From NCBI RefSeq assembly GCF_964188315.1, contig NC_135656.1, positions 32,240,001-32,304,000 on the forward strand: a DNA stretch of 64,000 nt, in the 5' to 3' direction. Position 1 is the first letter of the stretch; every line of letters starts with the position of its first letter. Under the pieces are notes generated by a model, which was given only the letters and a program-made list of their open reading frames with translations, was not told the origin of the DNA and ran no database searches. The position numbers were made by a program, and so were the translations under genes. Positions 1 to 11,689 of the stretch are shown here, one piece after another. This DNA comes from Podarcis muralis. Lineage: Eukaryota.

Positions 1-2788
1 CCTTTTAATTCCTTAAAAGGTGTAGCAGCTTCCTAATATTTCATTTCTTGGAAAGTATGAATTAAAATATTAATGTTCATCTGGTACCTGCCAAGAGACT
101 GTGGCTATTCCCATTAGATGGGAGCAGATTTTAGTGACAGAATGGAAGATTTTCAAAAGCGTTTCAAATAAAAAAAAGGAACAGTCTTGAAAAACTGCCT
201 AAACATTTTTATGCAATAGGAGCAGTTTGTGATCTGTCAAGGAAACATGTATTTATATATAATATATATACACACACACACATTAATTTTTTTAAAATCA
301 TGTTAAGCTGAGATCTATTGTGTAAATATTTATTTAGGCAGCTTTTTAAAAAAAGAAATGAGCGTCTTACCTGATTAAAAACAATTAGTAAAACAACATT
401 CAGGTCTATTGGTTATAGATTTATATGTATAAATACTTTTTAAGCACCATATTTTGTACACAACAGATAAGTTCTGGTAAGTATGTATTTAGACCATGAA
501 ATGTGTGGTTAAAATTTATTGAATGTCTAATATCTTTGGTAATAGAATTTTTTCCTCCAATATGCCAAAAGCGATAAGTGATCACAATTTACTCAACATT
601 TTCAAATGGCTAAACTGTGTTTAGAAAATTTGAGAAAACGAACCCTGATCTAAAAACCTTATGGAAGATCCAGAAAAGCATGTAGCTTTTTCTCTTTTTT
701 GTTTTCCAGAATGCTCTCACATGCATAAATACACCACACTCATTTGTGTTGCAAATCCAAGCACTTATCCAACACTGGAGAGAATACAATTCAATTTGGA
801 GAGGATGTTCAGAGGGGGTAAAGGCCTTTTGCTGCATGTGCCTAACTTGGCACAGAGAACTGTATCAAGACACACATTTTGGCTTTTATACTACCCACTC
901 CTAGCTGTATGTACAGCATGTAATATTGTGTGTCCAAATGAAATGCTCACTAATTCTTCACAGTTTCATGAGCCCATCAACTTTAAATCCTGCACTCTTG
1001 TGGGCACCTCTGTAATCCTTTCATGGTATGATTTCTTGGAAAGTATTCTCCAGATCGTTTATGGGTGGCTGAATCGCTACATTCACATTCTTGGAAAAAC
1101 ATCCTTATTTTCCATTTTAGTGTGGTGCTTTCCTTAATTATTATTTTTTTAAATTAAGGAGCTATTTCTCCGAAGTGCTTCACTGCTGTCAGATGCACCT
1201 GGGTAGCATTTTTAATAGCTTGCCAGTTGTAGCGAGTAAACTGAGCCATTCTGTTCTCATCGAGTCAAGTGCTATTCACAGCAGAGGAGTCAACGGTCCA
1301 GCAGAGACTTCAGCACTATTTTTCAGTGCAAGTGAGAGATTGGCACATGTTCTCTTTCCCTTGTTCATTTTTAAATGTATCCCTTGTCGTAAAGAATAGC
1401 ACCATTCACTAAGATTTAAACACTCCCCGTTCCAGCGCACTTTTTAAACGATAGGTGGTAAAGCTCGCTAAATTTCATGCATCAAATGATTGCCTAAAAG
1501 AATAAATAATCTGTTTTGAGAATGTCTTATGTATCACGTACTCATAGTTCTAAAATCAGGAGTTGGAATGAATCTCTTGATAGTTAACAGTTTGTTAATA
1601 GTTTGAGAGAGCATTTCAAGCACAAAAATATGCAGCACATGATTTGTCTGAATAGATGTGTCTTGCATGGTAAAAGGTAAAATGAAATTTATATATCCTG
1701 CCATACTGTTCATTTCTTTGTAAGGTCTTCCTGCGTTGGATCAGTTAGAACTGGCAGAGTGTAGACACTTTATCATAGGCTGCCTTAGTAACTACAAAAT
1801 GTTTTTATAATCTTCTAATATGCTAACTGTTCTAATGAACATGGTGTCTTGAAGATAATGTGTAACTGAATATTTATTTCCATGTGAGTATTATGAAAGT
1901 TACCAAAGGACTGAAACTGACTTGGCACTCTTGCAGTTGACCCTGTGCATAAAGGATCTTATAAAGATCCTAAATTTGTAAAAATGACACAGAGTGGAAA
2001 AAAACACATTTCTTTGTGGATGCTAACTTTATTTTCCTAACAGGGTTGTGCCATATTGTAACAACCTATGTTGCACCTCAAAACTTTGTTCTATCCACTA
2101 AATATTTTTCCTTCCCTCTAACAATTTCTTTGCTGCACATTTCTCAATCTTTTAAACATGTTTTAACACATTTTATGGTCTTTAATTTTTCTGAAAATGT
2201 TGTCTAGACACTTTATGCTGAATTTTAATTGCCTCTGTAACCTTGAGATGGATACTGCAGCATTAAAATTGCTGTCTGTTTAAAACTTGAGGCTTCTTTC
2301 TGTGAGCCAGAAAGCTCATATAGCAGTGAAGTTATTTCAGTATTTATTATTGAATCCTTGGGGGTTCAGAATGTAACTTTGTACATGAAATATATATAAA
2401 TATGTATATGAAATGCACCCTTGCTTTAGTGTCTTTCTTACACCCCTGTGATGAGGTTATAATAATTAACGATTTATTCCATCTTGTCAGAAATAGCTTT
2501 TTGCAAGAGTAATGCAAAGATGACCACAGATTGATTTTTATGCTGTCATGTATTCAGCATGTATTTGTGTGGTTAAGGAAATGTAGGTGATTACACCTAT
2601 GCAACACCATACTTTACCTGACCAAATTGGCCATGGTAACAGCCACTTAACAACAATAATGAAAAGACAAAACTCCAAATGTCATTTTGTAAGCACCTAT
2701 TGATTCATATTGTTGAAGTATGTAAGGTCTTCATGTCATTATTGGGTAGAAGAGATGCATGGAGAAAGGAGGACTCAAGGTACCCTTT

Positions 2789-2789
<1 letters not shown>

Positions 2790-2829
<40 letters not shown>

Positions 2830-2945
2830 TAATTTATTATTTATACCCCGCCCATCTGGCTGGGTTTCCACAGCCACTCTGTGCGGCTTCCAACAGAATA
2901 TTAAAATACAATAGTCTATTAAACATTAAAAGCTTCCCTAAACAG
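2790..2945 (-). mobile_element. 3' end of an L2/CR1-clade LINE with (AAT)n tail
   Basis: Reverse complement reads ...GGAAGCCGCACAGAGTGGCTGTGGAAACCCAGCCAGATGGGCGGGGTATAAATAATAAAT followed by (ATT)n. The same motif recurs on + at about 7640-7700. Clade assignment is from recall of squamate LINE tails. Confidence 0.6.
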
Positions 2946-3094
2946 TGCTTTCTAGCAGGTACCTTGCACCCCCATTAACTGTATGTAATAAGGATATCAT
3001 GTGGCTAACCTAAAAGCCTTATATATCAATCTCTTATCTCATAGGATTCCTCTTAGATAACAGTTGTATCAGCCATTTTATTTTTGTTCTTACA

Positions 3095-3270
3095 ATTACC
3101 ATCTTTCCCTCAAGGATTTCTACCCACCTTATTCTCACAAGAAACCTATTCCATAGGCAAACCTGAGAGAGAGTGATTTGCCCTGGTGAATTTTGTAGCT
3201 GAGCAGAGATGTGAAACCGGTTCTTCATAGTCCAAGCCTAACAACTCTATCCCAGTTTACACACACTGGT
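3095..3270 (-). mobile_element. Old Squam3/MIR-like SINE remnant
   Basis: Degenerate CORE-SINE-like text (TTCTCACAAGAAACC, GAGAGAGTGATTTGCCC, AGCTGAGCAGAGATGTGAAACCGGTTCT), similar to the copy at 15610-15800. Confidence 0.5.
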
Positions 3271-4883
3271 TTACCATGAATACACCAATCTGGGCTCTCT
3301 TGCTCCTCCTCACTAGATTCACAAAAGAACAGCAACCCCTGATTTAGCATTATGTCTGAACCAGAGATTGTGGATTTTGGAGGATCAAACAAACCATGGC
3401 TTTGGATCAGACATAGTGCTAAGCCAGGGATTACTTTCTGCAACTAGTGGTTAAGATCAGCAGGTATGTGGTAAAAATGTGCAAACCAAGCTCAGTCTTA
3501 TTATTGCAATTTAAAACCCTGGATTTACTTTCCTCATATTTTGAGAGAGATGCAACAAGAGGAATGTGTATGGGGTCCCAGCATTCTGGTCTAGTGATCT
3601 GTGGATTATAATTAGTCAACTGACAGGTAAAAGGAGTATTGTACTTCAAAACCAGAGTTCACCATCCTTTTGAGTGCTAGGAAGTGCTCTGTGGTGTAAC
3701 CATTACAAAGATTAATCTGAAAACGATTATGGTGCTGTTCTGCCATCACTTCACTAGAAAAATCTGCATATACTACAGATCATACTCTATTATCAGGCGA
3801 TGCCATAAATTTATGGCACCCCATGCTTTGCCCCAGTGATGTCCAAAAGTAGTGATTGGCCACTGGGTCGTAGATCAATCTTTTGAGTGTCAGCATTTGA
3901 GAATAGGGATTCCCAGCAGAATACATTTGTGTTCAAATTACCAAAGGTTAAACTTTCCCCTCCCAAGGAAAATTTGTGTTTCTAGTACTGTAATATTTTT
4001 TTTTTAATGTTAACTTCCAAAGTTCAAAGAGGACAGTTAGTATAATTAGATTTTGTCAGTTCCCAGCAAAGTATTTCCATATCTGGCGGAAATTCCCTTA
4101 GTTTGTTACATGGGCACTTCTGTCAGAGAAATCCAGTTTGCAGTTTTAAAAACTCAGTTCCACCATTCATTACCTTTGTTTCCCCCCAACATCATTTCTC
4201 TTCATTAAATAGATGGCCCTCACATGCCAAAAATTAGCTGATGAATCATAGCCTAAGCATGAGTAGGATTTCCCTCATGACTCCAGCTGGGATGGAAAAG
4301 TTGGGCGTTACTTTTTTCTGTCCATGTTGCCAAACTGCTCCACTTGGCAGTTAAGCCAGTTTGCACGATGGGCTGTTGGAGTCTCTGAAGTGAAAATACA
4401 AATCAGCTTATTAAGGTCAAGAGGAGAATGTGAGACTATGAATGAGGTCTGATTTGCCTCTTATACCAAAGTCTCTTTACAAAAGTAAAAGTTTGTGCTT
4501 CTGTGTTTGGCATCACCTGTTACACAAGAGCTTTATTTTGATTTTTAACAAGCAGTTAAAATGTCGGGCATTGAAATATATATTTTCTGGAAGGTTATAA
4601 GGAAAAGTAAGTCATTTCCTGCAAACCAGATGTTTCTGTTTCTTTGGGCTTGCAGTACCTTAGTGGCCCCCAAAAAGGGATGCAGAGGTGTGAAGACAGA
4701 GGGCTGAACTTAATGGGACATGCAGTCATACGCCTCTATTTTTAAACCAAAACAGCCTCTGGAAGCTGTGAGCTTGAACAGAGGAAGGGAACAGAGAGAG
4801 AGAGAGATGGCTGCTTAATCCTGTCCCTCATTCTTTCCATTTAAGGTCCCTCTCACTTTTCTCAACTGCTTTTCTGCCTGCAG

Positions 4884-4930
4884 TACACACACACACACAC
4901 ACGTGTCCCTATATATATATATATATATAT
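4884..4930. repeat. (CA)n/(TA)n microsatellite
   Basis: Directly visible dinucleotide runs. Confidence 0.9.
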
Positions 4931-6547
4931 TTCCCTTCACGGGAGAAAAAACGAACTAAAGGATTATTTTGGCCAGAAAAAAATGGCTTAAGATAAAAGG
5001 GTTAAGGAGTCACTTCTCTCCTTCCACCCCCATTTCTCTGTCCAAGCTCAGGCTTCCCCCATGCTGCTTTTGGTTTAAAAATAAAGTTGAAAGATAAACC
5101 CGATGTACCTCTGTCACTCCTTATCTTGGCTTGCCCTTGAACAAATCAGGAAGCAGTCGCAAGTTATTTGTGGTTTCAGCATGACTCTTCACCCATCTAA
5201 GTGGTGTCCTCCCTCCTATGGCAGACAGCCTGATAGGTTGCTGGCTTTTCTCACATTGCAAAGCAGCCCTCCCCAGCCCCTTATGGGTGCTATTGTAATC
5301 TGAGAAATGAGCTGGAGTGGGGGAAGGGACCTAAACAGCATTGTGTATCTTATTGGTAATATGCCTAGAAAACAGTCAACTATGGCTGCTGCAGCATCAG
5401 TTACCTCAGGCTGCAGATTAAGGAGTTTGGTACTATCCCATCTGCCTCAGACTACGGCCTAGCCTGTTTGTGAAACATTGTAGCATTTATTTACTGTATT
5501 TTTTAAAAAATGGCTTAGGGACACATATCCCCCTCCCCAAAAGAAAGTTGCATATTTTAAATAAAAGACACCGGGGAAGGATTGGGAACTAGAGAGCCTG
5601 AAGAGGGAGAGGGGGAAATACCCTAGTCTCAGGTTCCTCTGGGCCCACAAGTCTTGATTATTTAACAGATTCAACCTGTTTGAGGCTGAGAGACAAGCTG
5701 AAGCTGCCACTGCTTCTCAGATAGTTGTTAAAGGAGACCGTGTGGGGCAAACAGGAGCTGCTCTTCCAGGACTTGAGGTAAAAGAGTAGGAAGGTAAGGA
5801 CCGAAATACTTTAAGGTTGCTTTTTGAGAAAGGTGTCAGGATGTTCAAAGTTGAGGAACAAACCTGGAACCAAGCTAGGGCTATAGACTCTGATTTCTGA
5901 AGTATTTTAGAAGTCAAAGTCCACAAAAGTGCAGTGTCTTTACCACAGTGCCTTCTAAAATAAATGGGTAGCTCTCTCCTCTTAAGGATTAGTCCAAAAT
6001 TTTGTTTCCTGTTGTTGCCAATTTCACTCATTTTTACTACCGACGACCAAGTTGCTCTAGAAAACGTCCTCAAAGGCTTTGACCACAGCCACAATTTTGG
6101 GTAAATAAGCTAGGTTTGTCATGAGACACTGGACTGCTCTGTTCAGTGTATGCAACTTATTTCCAGAGCTGTTTGGAGAATGAGTGGATTTTAATACCAA
6201 GAGTTGCCACCATTTTGTGACTAAATGTTCTCTGACATCTGTATAACATCTGTCTATCCATGTGAAGCTTCTCTTGGGACAGCAAGTGTGGTGATAGGTT
6301 TTAGCTGTTTGATTTTCACCTGAATTGTAGCTGTGGTTATGTAATAAAAATACAGCATTTTTTAGCAAGCAGTCCTATTACTATTTCGGGGTGGGTGAGA
6401 CAGAGGATTACGGCAGAAGTATTTTGACTCTTGGCACTGATCAGTGAAACGAGAAAGTGTGGTAGCTTCCACCATTCGGTTTCACAGGCTCCTAAAACAG
6501 GCCATTTTAATAAACCGCTTAGCGGTTCTTGCAGCCAAGCGGTATAG

Positions 6548-6909
6548 AGGTAAAGGTAAAGGTACCCCTGCCCGTACGGGCCAGTCGTGTCCGACTCTAG
6601 GGTTGTGCACCCATCTCACTCTATAGGCCGGGAGCCAGCGCTGTCCGGAGACACTTCCGGGTCACGTGGCCAGCGTGACGAAGCTGCTCTGGCGAGCCAG
6701 CGCAGCACACGGAAACGCCGTTTACCTTCCCACCAGTAAGCAGTCCCTATTTATCTACTTGCACCCGGGGGTGCTTTCGAACTGCTAGGTTGGCAGGCGC
6801 TGGGACCGAAGGACGGGAGCGCACCCCGCTGCGGGGATTCGAACCGCCAACCTTTCGATCAGCAAGCCCTAGGCGCTGAGGCTTTTACCCACAGCGCCAC
6901 CCGCGTCCC
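6548..6909 (-). mobile_element. Sauria SINE, young subfamily, full length
   Basis: On the minus strand: tRNA-like head GGGACGCGGGTGGCGCTGTGGG, B box GGTTCGAATCCCC and (ACCTTT)n tail. TSD AAGCGGTATA at 6537-6546 and 6912-6921. CpGs are retained. Confidence 0.93.
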
Positions 6910-7405
6910 TTAAGCGGTATATACATTTTATTAAATACATAAATATTGTTGAAGGAGAGGCTTCATTTGTAAAGAAGCCGAGGATTGTAGGAAGTATCTC
7001 GCAGCCAGATAGTTTTAAAATGGCTTTTGTAGATACTGTGAGGAGATAAAGGAAGCCGGACGAGTGAGTGGAGGTTTTGGGAGACATGGAACAAGACATG
7101 GTTGGGAGGAATTAGACTGAGTACATAGACACATCAGACTCCATTCTTTAGGATTTGTGACTGCAAAATCCTATCCGTGCTTCAGCTTTTTGTCAAATGG
7201 ATACATGTGCAAATAAATTGTTATGGACTCTTATTTGGCATATCTGTAAATGCCATTCATGTTGACTACTGGACTATTCAGAACAGGTAAGTAGGTTCTT
7301 TATACTCAAGACCGTGCAAACCTTGTAATAGGCCCAGGCCAGATGGGAGATGTAGGCCCCATTTCAATAATCTTTACCAGTGTTCCCCCTTTGCATCTAC
7401 TAGGG

Positions 7406-7748
7406 CAGACCCTCCAAGTGTCCCTATTTTCCAGGGGCGTCCCTGATTTAAAGAAGCCGTCCCAGTTTCTGATTTGATCCCAGAATGTCCCACTTTTCCT
7501 TAGGATGTCCCTATTTTCATATGAGAAAGTTGGAGGGTATGGAGTTATAGTTATGCAACCCCTGAGCCGTCTGAAGGCAATCCTGTATAGGGAAGTTTTA
7601 AAAAAAATGTTTAATGTTTTATTGCATTTTTATATATGTTGGAAGCTGCCCAGAGTGGTTGGGGCAACCCAGTAAGATGTGTGGGGTATAAATAATAAAA
7701 TTATCCTTATGGAATGGGATGTCCCTATTTCCATTGGAGAAATGTTGC
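7406..7748. mobile_element. MITE-like element (TIR CAGACCCTCCAA / TTGGAGGGTATG, 7406-7541) extended by a LINE-tail segment and a partial repeat
   Basis: Inverted termini are visible. Internal direct repeat GATGTCCCTATTT at about 7504 and 7718. LINE-like tail at about 7590-7700. Confidence 0.55.
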
Positions 7749-9794
7749 CCCACCCCCCAAAAAAATTTCTGGCTCATTTATACTATTACTGAAAGCAGCT
7801 CAGTTTTTCTCAGGCTGATTGCAGACCACAAAACAGGCAGGTTTGAGGAGATTTCACACAATTTCTGTGAGCTTTATCACAACAACACTTGAATTGTGTT
7901 TCCTTTTTGGTCTTGTAATTGTAACCCAATGAAAGTTTTTAGATTGAGGAGGCTAAAACTATTAATTGACATTCAAGAGGCCATGGGTAGAATTCAGTGT
8001 AGCACTAGGTGGGTAATGAGGTCTGCTCACAAAACTGGACTCCTCACCCCTTGCACCCCCTAAACCTGTTCTGAGTGTTCCTCCAATTTCCCAGAGCATT
8101 TTTTAGGGGGTGCGGAGGGCAAGAGTTCTGAGGTATTTCTGAGACATCTACCAAGATCAAGTAATTCTGGCATTATTAAATTAACCTTGTGAACGTTATT
8201 TATTTAGAACCATTAATAAACTGCTTAATATTTAAAACACCTCCATGTGGTAAATAATAGAAAAACAAAACAAATACAACGTAAACCAATAAAACAGCAG
8301 TAGAAAAACATGTAAGAGCATATAAAAGCAATAATAATAATAATAATCAAGGGACTCAGACAGGTTCCAGTCTTATGGGTCTAGGAATATATATTCTTTA
8401 GAAATTATGTTCAAATGTATTTATCAAACTACTAGCAAGGGGAGCCTTGGCTACAAAGATCACCAGTCATAAAATAGGTGAAGATTCCATCTGTCTAAAA
8501 TACATATTGAAGACTTAGACTACTACAATCATTGTCATTCCTGCTGAACACAAGATGGCACTCTTGCATTTTCCTACACAACATTCAATATTAATTTCCT
8601 TCTCTACTAATCTTCCTAATTCATGTTCTCTCTCTTCATACCAGTTTGAAAAGACATGAGTATATATATTGATTTACACAATGCCTGGAAATAACACAGT
8701 GGTGAGAGGCTGAAATAAACATGTTTATCTTTTAGCTGGATCACCTATTCTAAAGAAAACTGGTATGCATGAATGGCAAAAGCAATAAAGGGACTGTCAG
8801 TAATTAAAAGGACACTTAGTTTGAAACCCTGCCTCTTTCAATTATCTGGAGCAATCCTCTTATCCATTATGGAAAAATCAAAACACAACGTTATTACATA
8901 AGAGCATAGTATATTACAACACACAGTGTCCTGGTATGCAACCTCAAACCTTGTTTGTGTACATATATAGTTCCCATGTTCCCTGAAGGCTGCTGTGGTT
9001 TCCTATGTCATTTCATTTGAGGGAGAGAATGGTTCTACGTATCCAAACTGATAATTAGTGGTATGACATAAGAGATACATGTATAAAGGCTGCCTGTTCT
9101 TTCCCTTTTCTTGTCCTGAAACATTTGAGGATGATTTGGCTGCTCAGGAAGTAGCAAGAACTCCCTGAGTGCATTCTCTACTGGGCAAATTAAATGTTCT
9201 GGCCTTCTTAGTTTTACAGGGATGATGAACCTGTGGCACTGCAGATATTGTTGGATTCCAGCTCCCATCAGCCCCAGCCATCAAGGACAATAGTCATAGG
9301 AATGATGGGAGTCTGAAAAAGTCCATAGTTCCTAATCCCAAAAGATTACGCAAGGGACTTCGTGTTGAAGTTTGTAAAATTATGAATGATGGAAGGGGAA
9401 GTGCAGGAGATGGAGTCTCTCTCTTGCAGTACTAGAACTTTAACTTCTGGAATTTACTACCTCAAAATGTGATTATGGCTCATGCTGGCTTGTGTGCATT
9501 GTGACTGGTAGGCAGAAGGCGGGAAAACCAACGGTAGCTGCAGCCAGAGCCAATGACGGGCAGTGCCAACTCATTCTAGTTTTGTCCCCATTCACTTCCT
9601 TGCTGAGCTCCACAAAGGCAACACTGAGTGCCACCCTCTGCACTGGTTATATGTAAGAAGGCAGGCAAGTCGGGGTTGGCTGAGGTTGGTTGGGCAATGT
9701 CCCATGTGCTCAAATGGACCAGCCTCCCAGCTTACTTTATTTTTTAATAAAGAGATTAGACAAAAACACTAGGAATGGTGTCTCTCAATGGTAT

Positions 9795-9995
9795 GTTAAT
9801 CATGGCAGTTAAATGGAACCTCGGTGTGCAGAGACGGCATATTTCTGAGTAGCAGGTGCTGACAATAAACAATAGGGAAGGCTATCATCTTTGTGCCCTG
9901 CTTGTGTGTGCTCAGAGCTTATCTGTCTGGCTGATCTTGGAACAGACTGAATAGATGGATAGTTCCGTCTGATCCAGCAGTGCCATTCTTATTCA
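9795..9995 (+). mobile_element. CR1 LINE 3' end remnant
   Basis: Ends ...GATGGATAGTTCCGTCTGATCCAGCAGTGCCATTCTTATTC, resembling the CR1 3' UTR and TTCTTATG tail. It is the reverse-orientation counterpart of the pieces at 12565 and 21505. Confidence 0.6.
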
Positions 9996-10216
9996 TCTGT
10001 AGTCAGGCACAAGCTTATACAGCCTTGTCTGCTTGAGTGGTTGCCATCCCAAACTTGGAACATATTGCATATTTGTTTAGCCAATGAGCAGGACCCAAGC
10101 GTGCCTATGGTGTGGTCCAAGAACAAGCACTTCAGGAGAAGCATAAGCTTATCATTGTATCATTCCCCCTTCACGTAACACTTGAAAGAGGGAACAGGTG
10201 GTCTCCCTAAGCTTAC

Positions 10217-10368
10217 CTGGCTGTTAGACCTATGGCAGCAAAATGTATATCTGGGCCCCTCTTGTTACACTTGCTGTCAATAGGCTGGCTGTTCAATTTT
10301 GGCATCTCATGAATGTGCTTTTCACCATACGACATGCATTCCAGGGCAAAGGGACGAACCTGGGATTT
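10217..10368 (-). other. Candidate internal exon (152 nt), unidentified transcript
   Basis: Acceptor TTTTTTTTTAATACTGTTTATCTAG and donor CAG|GTAAGC. Frame 0 is open (KSQVRPFALECMSYGEKHIHEMPKLNSQPIDSKCNKRGPDIHFAAIGLTA). No homolog recognised. Confidence 0.3.
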
Positions 10369-10852
10369 CTAGATAAACAGTATTAAAAAAAAACCCCACA
10401 AAGAGCCAAAAATGTCAGAAATAAGGGATGCTCGTTATAAACTATTAAAAATGTGCATTTCACATACTTTCATTTCGTTTTCTGCACGTTTGTTTTAAAA
10501 AGCAAGGTGATGCATCACAGGTATATAAAAAAAAGTTGCCCCCCCTTCCCCAAAGTAAGAACATAATTGCAGGCCTGAACTGCCACTTACAGTGTCATAT
10601 CCTGTCTTCATATAATGGAGGAGTAAGTGAGAGTAATGCTGTGCAAAATTTCCAAAGTACCGTGCTTGATTAATTTATTAGTATTTTTAATCGACTGAAA
10701 AAACCATCAGTAATTAATTGGGCAGCAAATTTAATTATCAACTAAAATTTGTGTGGTCAGTTACAATAATTTTGTAGATAGGTTGCAGCCCTACTCCCCC
10801 CCCCCCCCCATGTGGTCCAGGAAACAAACAGTCCCTGGATCTCTACCTGAAA

Positions 10853-10991
10853 CAGAGAGAGGGAATCTGATGTCCTCTGGATGTTGCTTGGAATACAACT
10901 CTCACCACACATGATGATTGGCCATGCTGGGTAGGCCTGACAGGAGTTGGAGTCCAATATTATTTGCAGGACCATAAGTACCTTATCCCTG
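10853..10991. mobile_element. hAT MITE (139 bp), degenerate
   Basis: Termini CAGAGAGAGGGAA / CCTTATCCCTG. Near-perfect 8-bp TSD ACCTGAAA / ACCTGGAA. Internal GGAGTTGGAGTCCAA motif is shared with the fragment at about 27615 and, in looser form, 9209-9330. Confidence 0.6.
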
Positions 10992-11177
10992 ACCTGGAAC
11001 CATCCAGCCCCCCTGTGTTTTCCAGAGAGGAAAAGATTAGCCAGAGAACACAACGGCCTGCTCATGCTATTCATTTTAAAAACCATTTAACTCTTGTCTC
11101 AGCTACGAAACTCTAGAATCTGATTCTGTTAAGGGGTTAGAACTCCTTTCACCTCCACAAAACTACTCTTCCAAGCA

Positions 11178-11642
11178 GGGCTGGCCCACCCAAGAGGTGG
11201 GGCGAAGCAGCCACCCCAGATGGCAGAAACACAAGAGGTGGTGCCCCCACAAGTGGCTGCCCACCCTGTTGCCACCACTGAAGCAACACAGGTATGGGAG
11301 GTTTCAGCAGCAGCAGCAGAGTGGTCCCCTAGCGGCAGAGAGACACCAGAGGCAAAGCTCTGCAGAACACCTCCCCTCCTGGTAAGATAGCAAGGGAAGG
11401 TGTTATACTGTCCAGCTTTGCTGCTGGGTGGGAAGGGAGGTTCGGAAAGGGCTCCTCCTTAAGGAGATCTTCCTCCCACCCCAGCCTAATGGGGAGAAGA
11501 GGCTTTGCAAGCAGTGGCATTGCATCCTTTTCTGGCACCCGGGGTCAGGAAATCTACCGCGCCAGGCCAGGCATGCGCTTATGGGATGCGGAGGGTTCAC
11601 AGAGGCTGCACGCCAGCTCAGCCCTGGCCACCAGAGCCGAGC

Positions 11643-11646
<4 letters not shown>
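11178..11646. mobile_element. GC-rich hAT-like non-autonomous element
   Basis: Termini CAGGGCTGGC / GCCGAGCCCTG and GC-rich interior. No TSD found. Confidence 0.35.

Positions 11647-11688
<42 letters not shown>
11645..11688. repeat. (TG)22 microsatellite
   Basis: Directly visible. Confidence 0.95.

Positions 11689-11689
<1 letters not shown>

Noticed and set aside
661-1137. Longest ORF in the track (158 aa, +)
   Set aside because: No recognisable domain, Cys/Leu/Phe-rich chance composition and no supporting splice or promoter context. The opposite strand looks more like UTR.
1420-1480. Possible stop-codon readthrough or selenocysteine extension after GCA TGA (minus)
   Set aside because: The frame stays open for about 22 codons after TGA, but the context is not TGA-CTAG, no SECIS is seen and the exon itself is unproven.
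6548-6909. tRNA gene calls from A/B boxes in SINE heads (also 26141, 32448, 57273, 60054, 62096)
   Set aside because: The boxes are embedded in SINE bodies with LINE-derived tails and TSDs; no complete cloverleaf.
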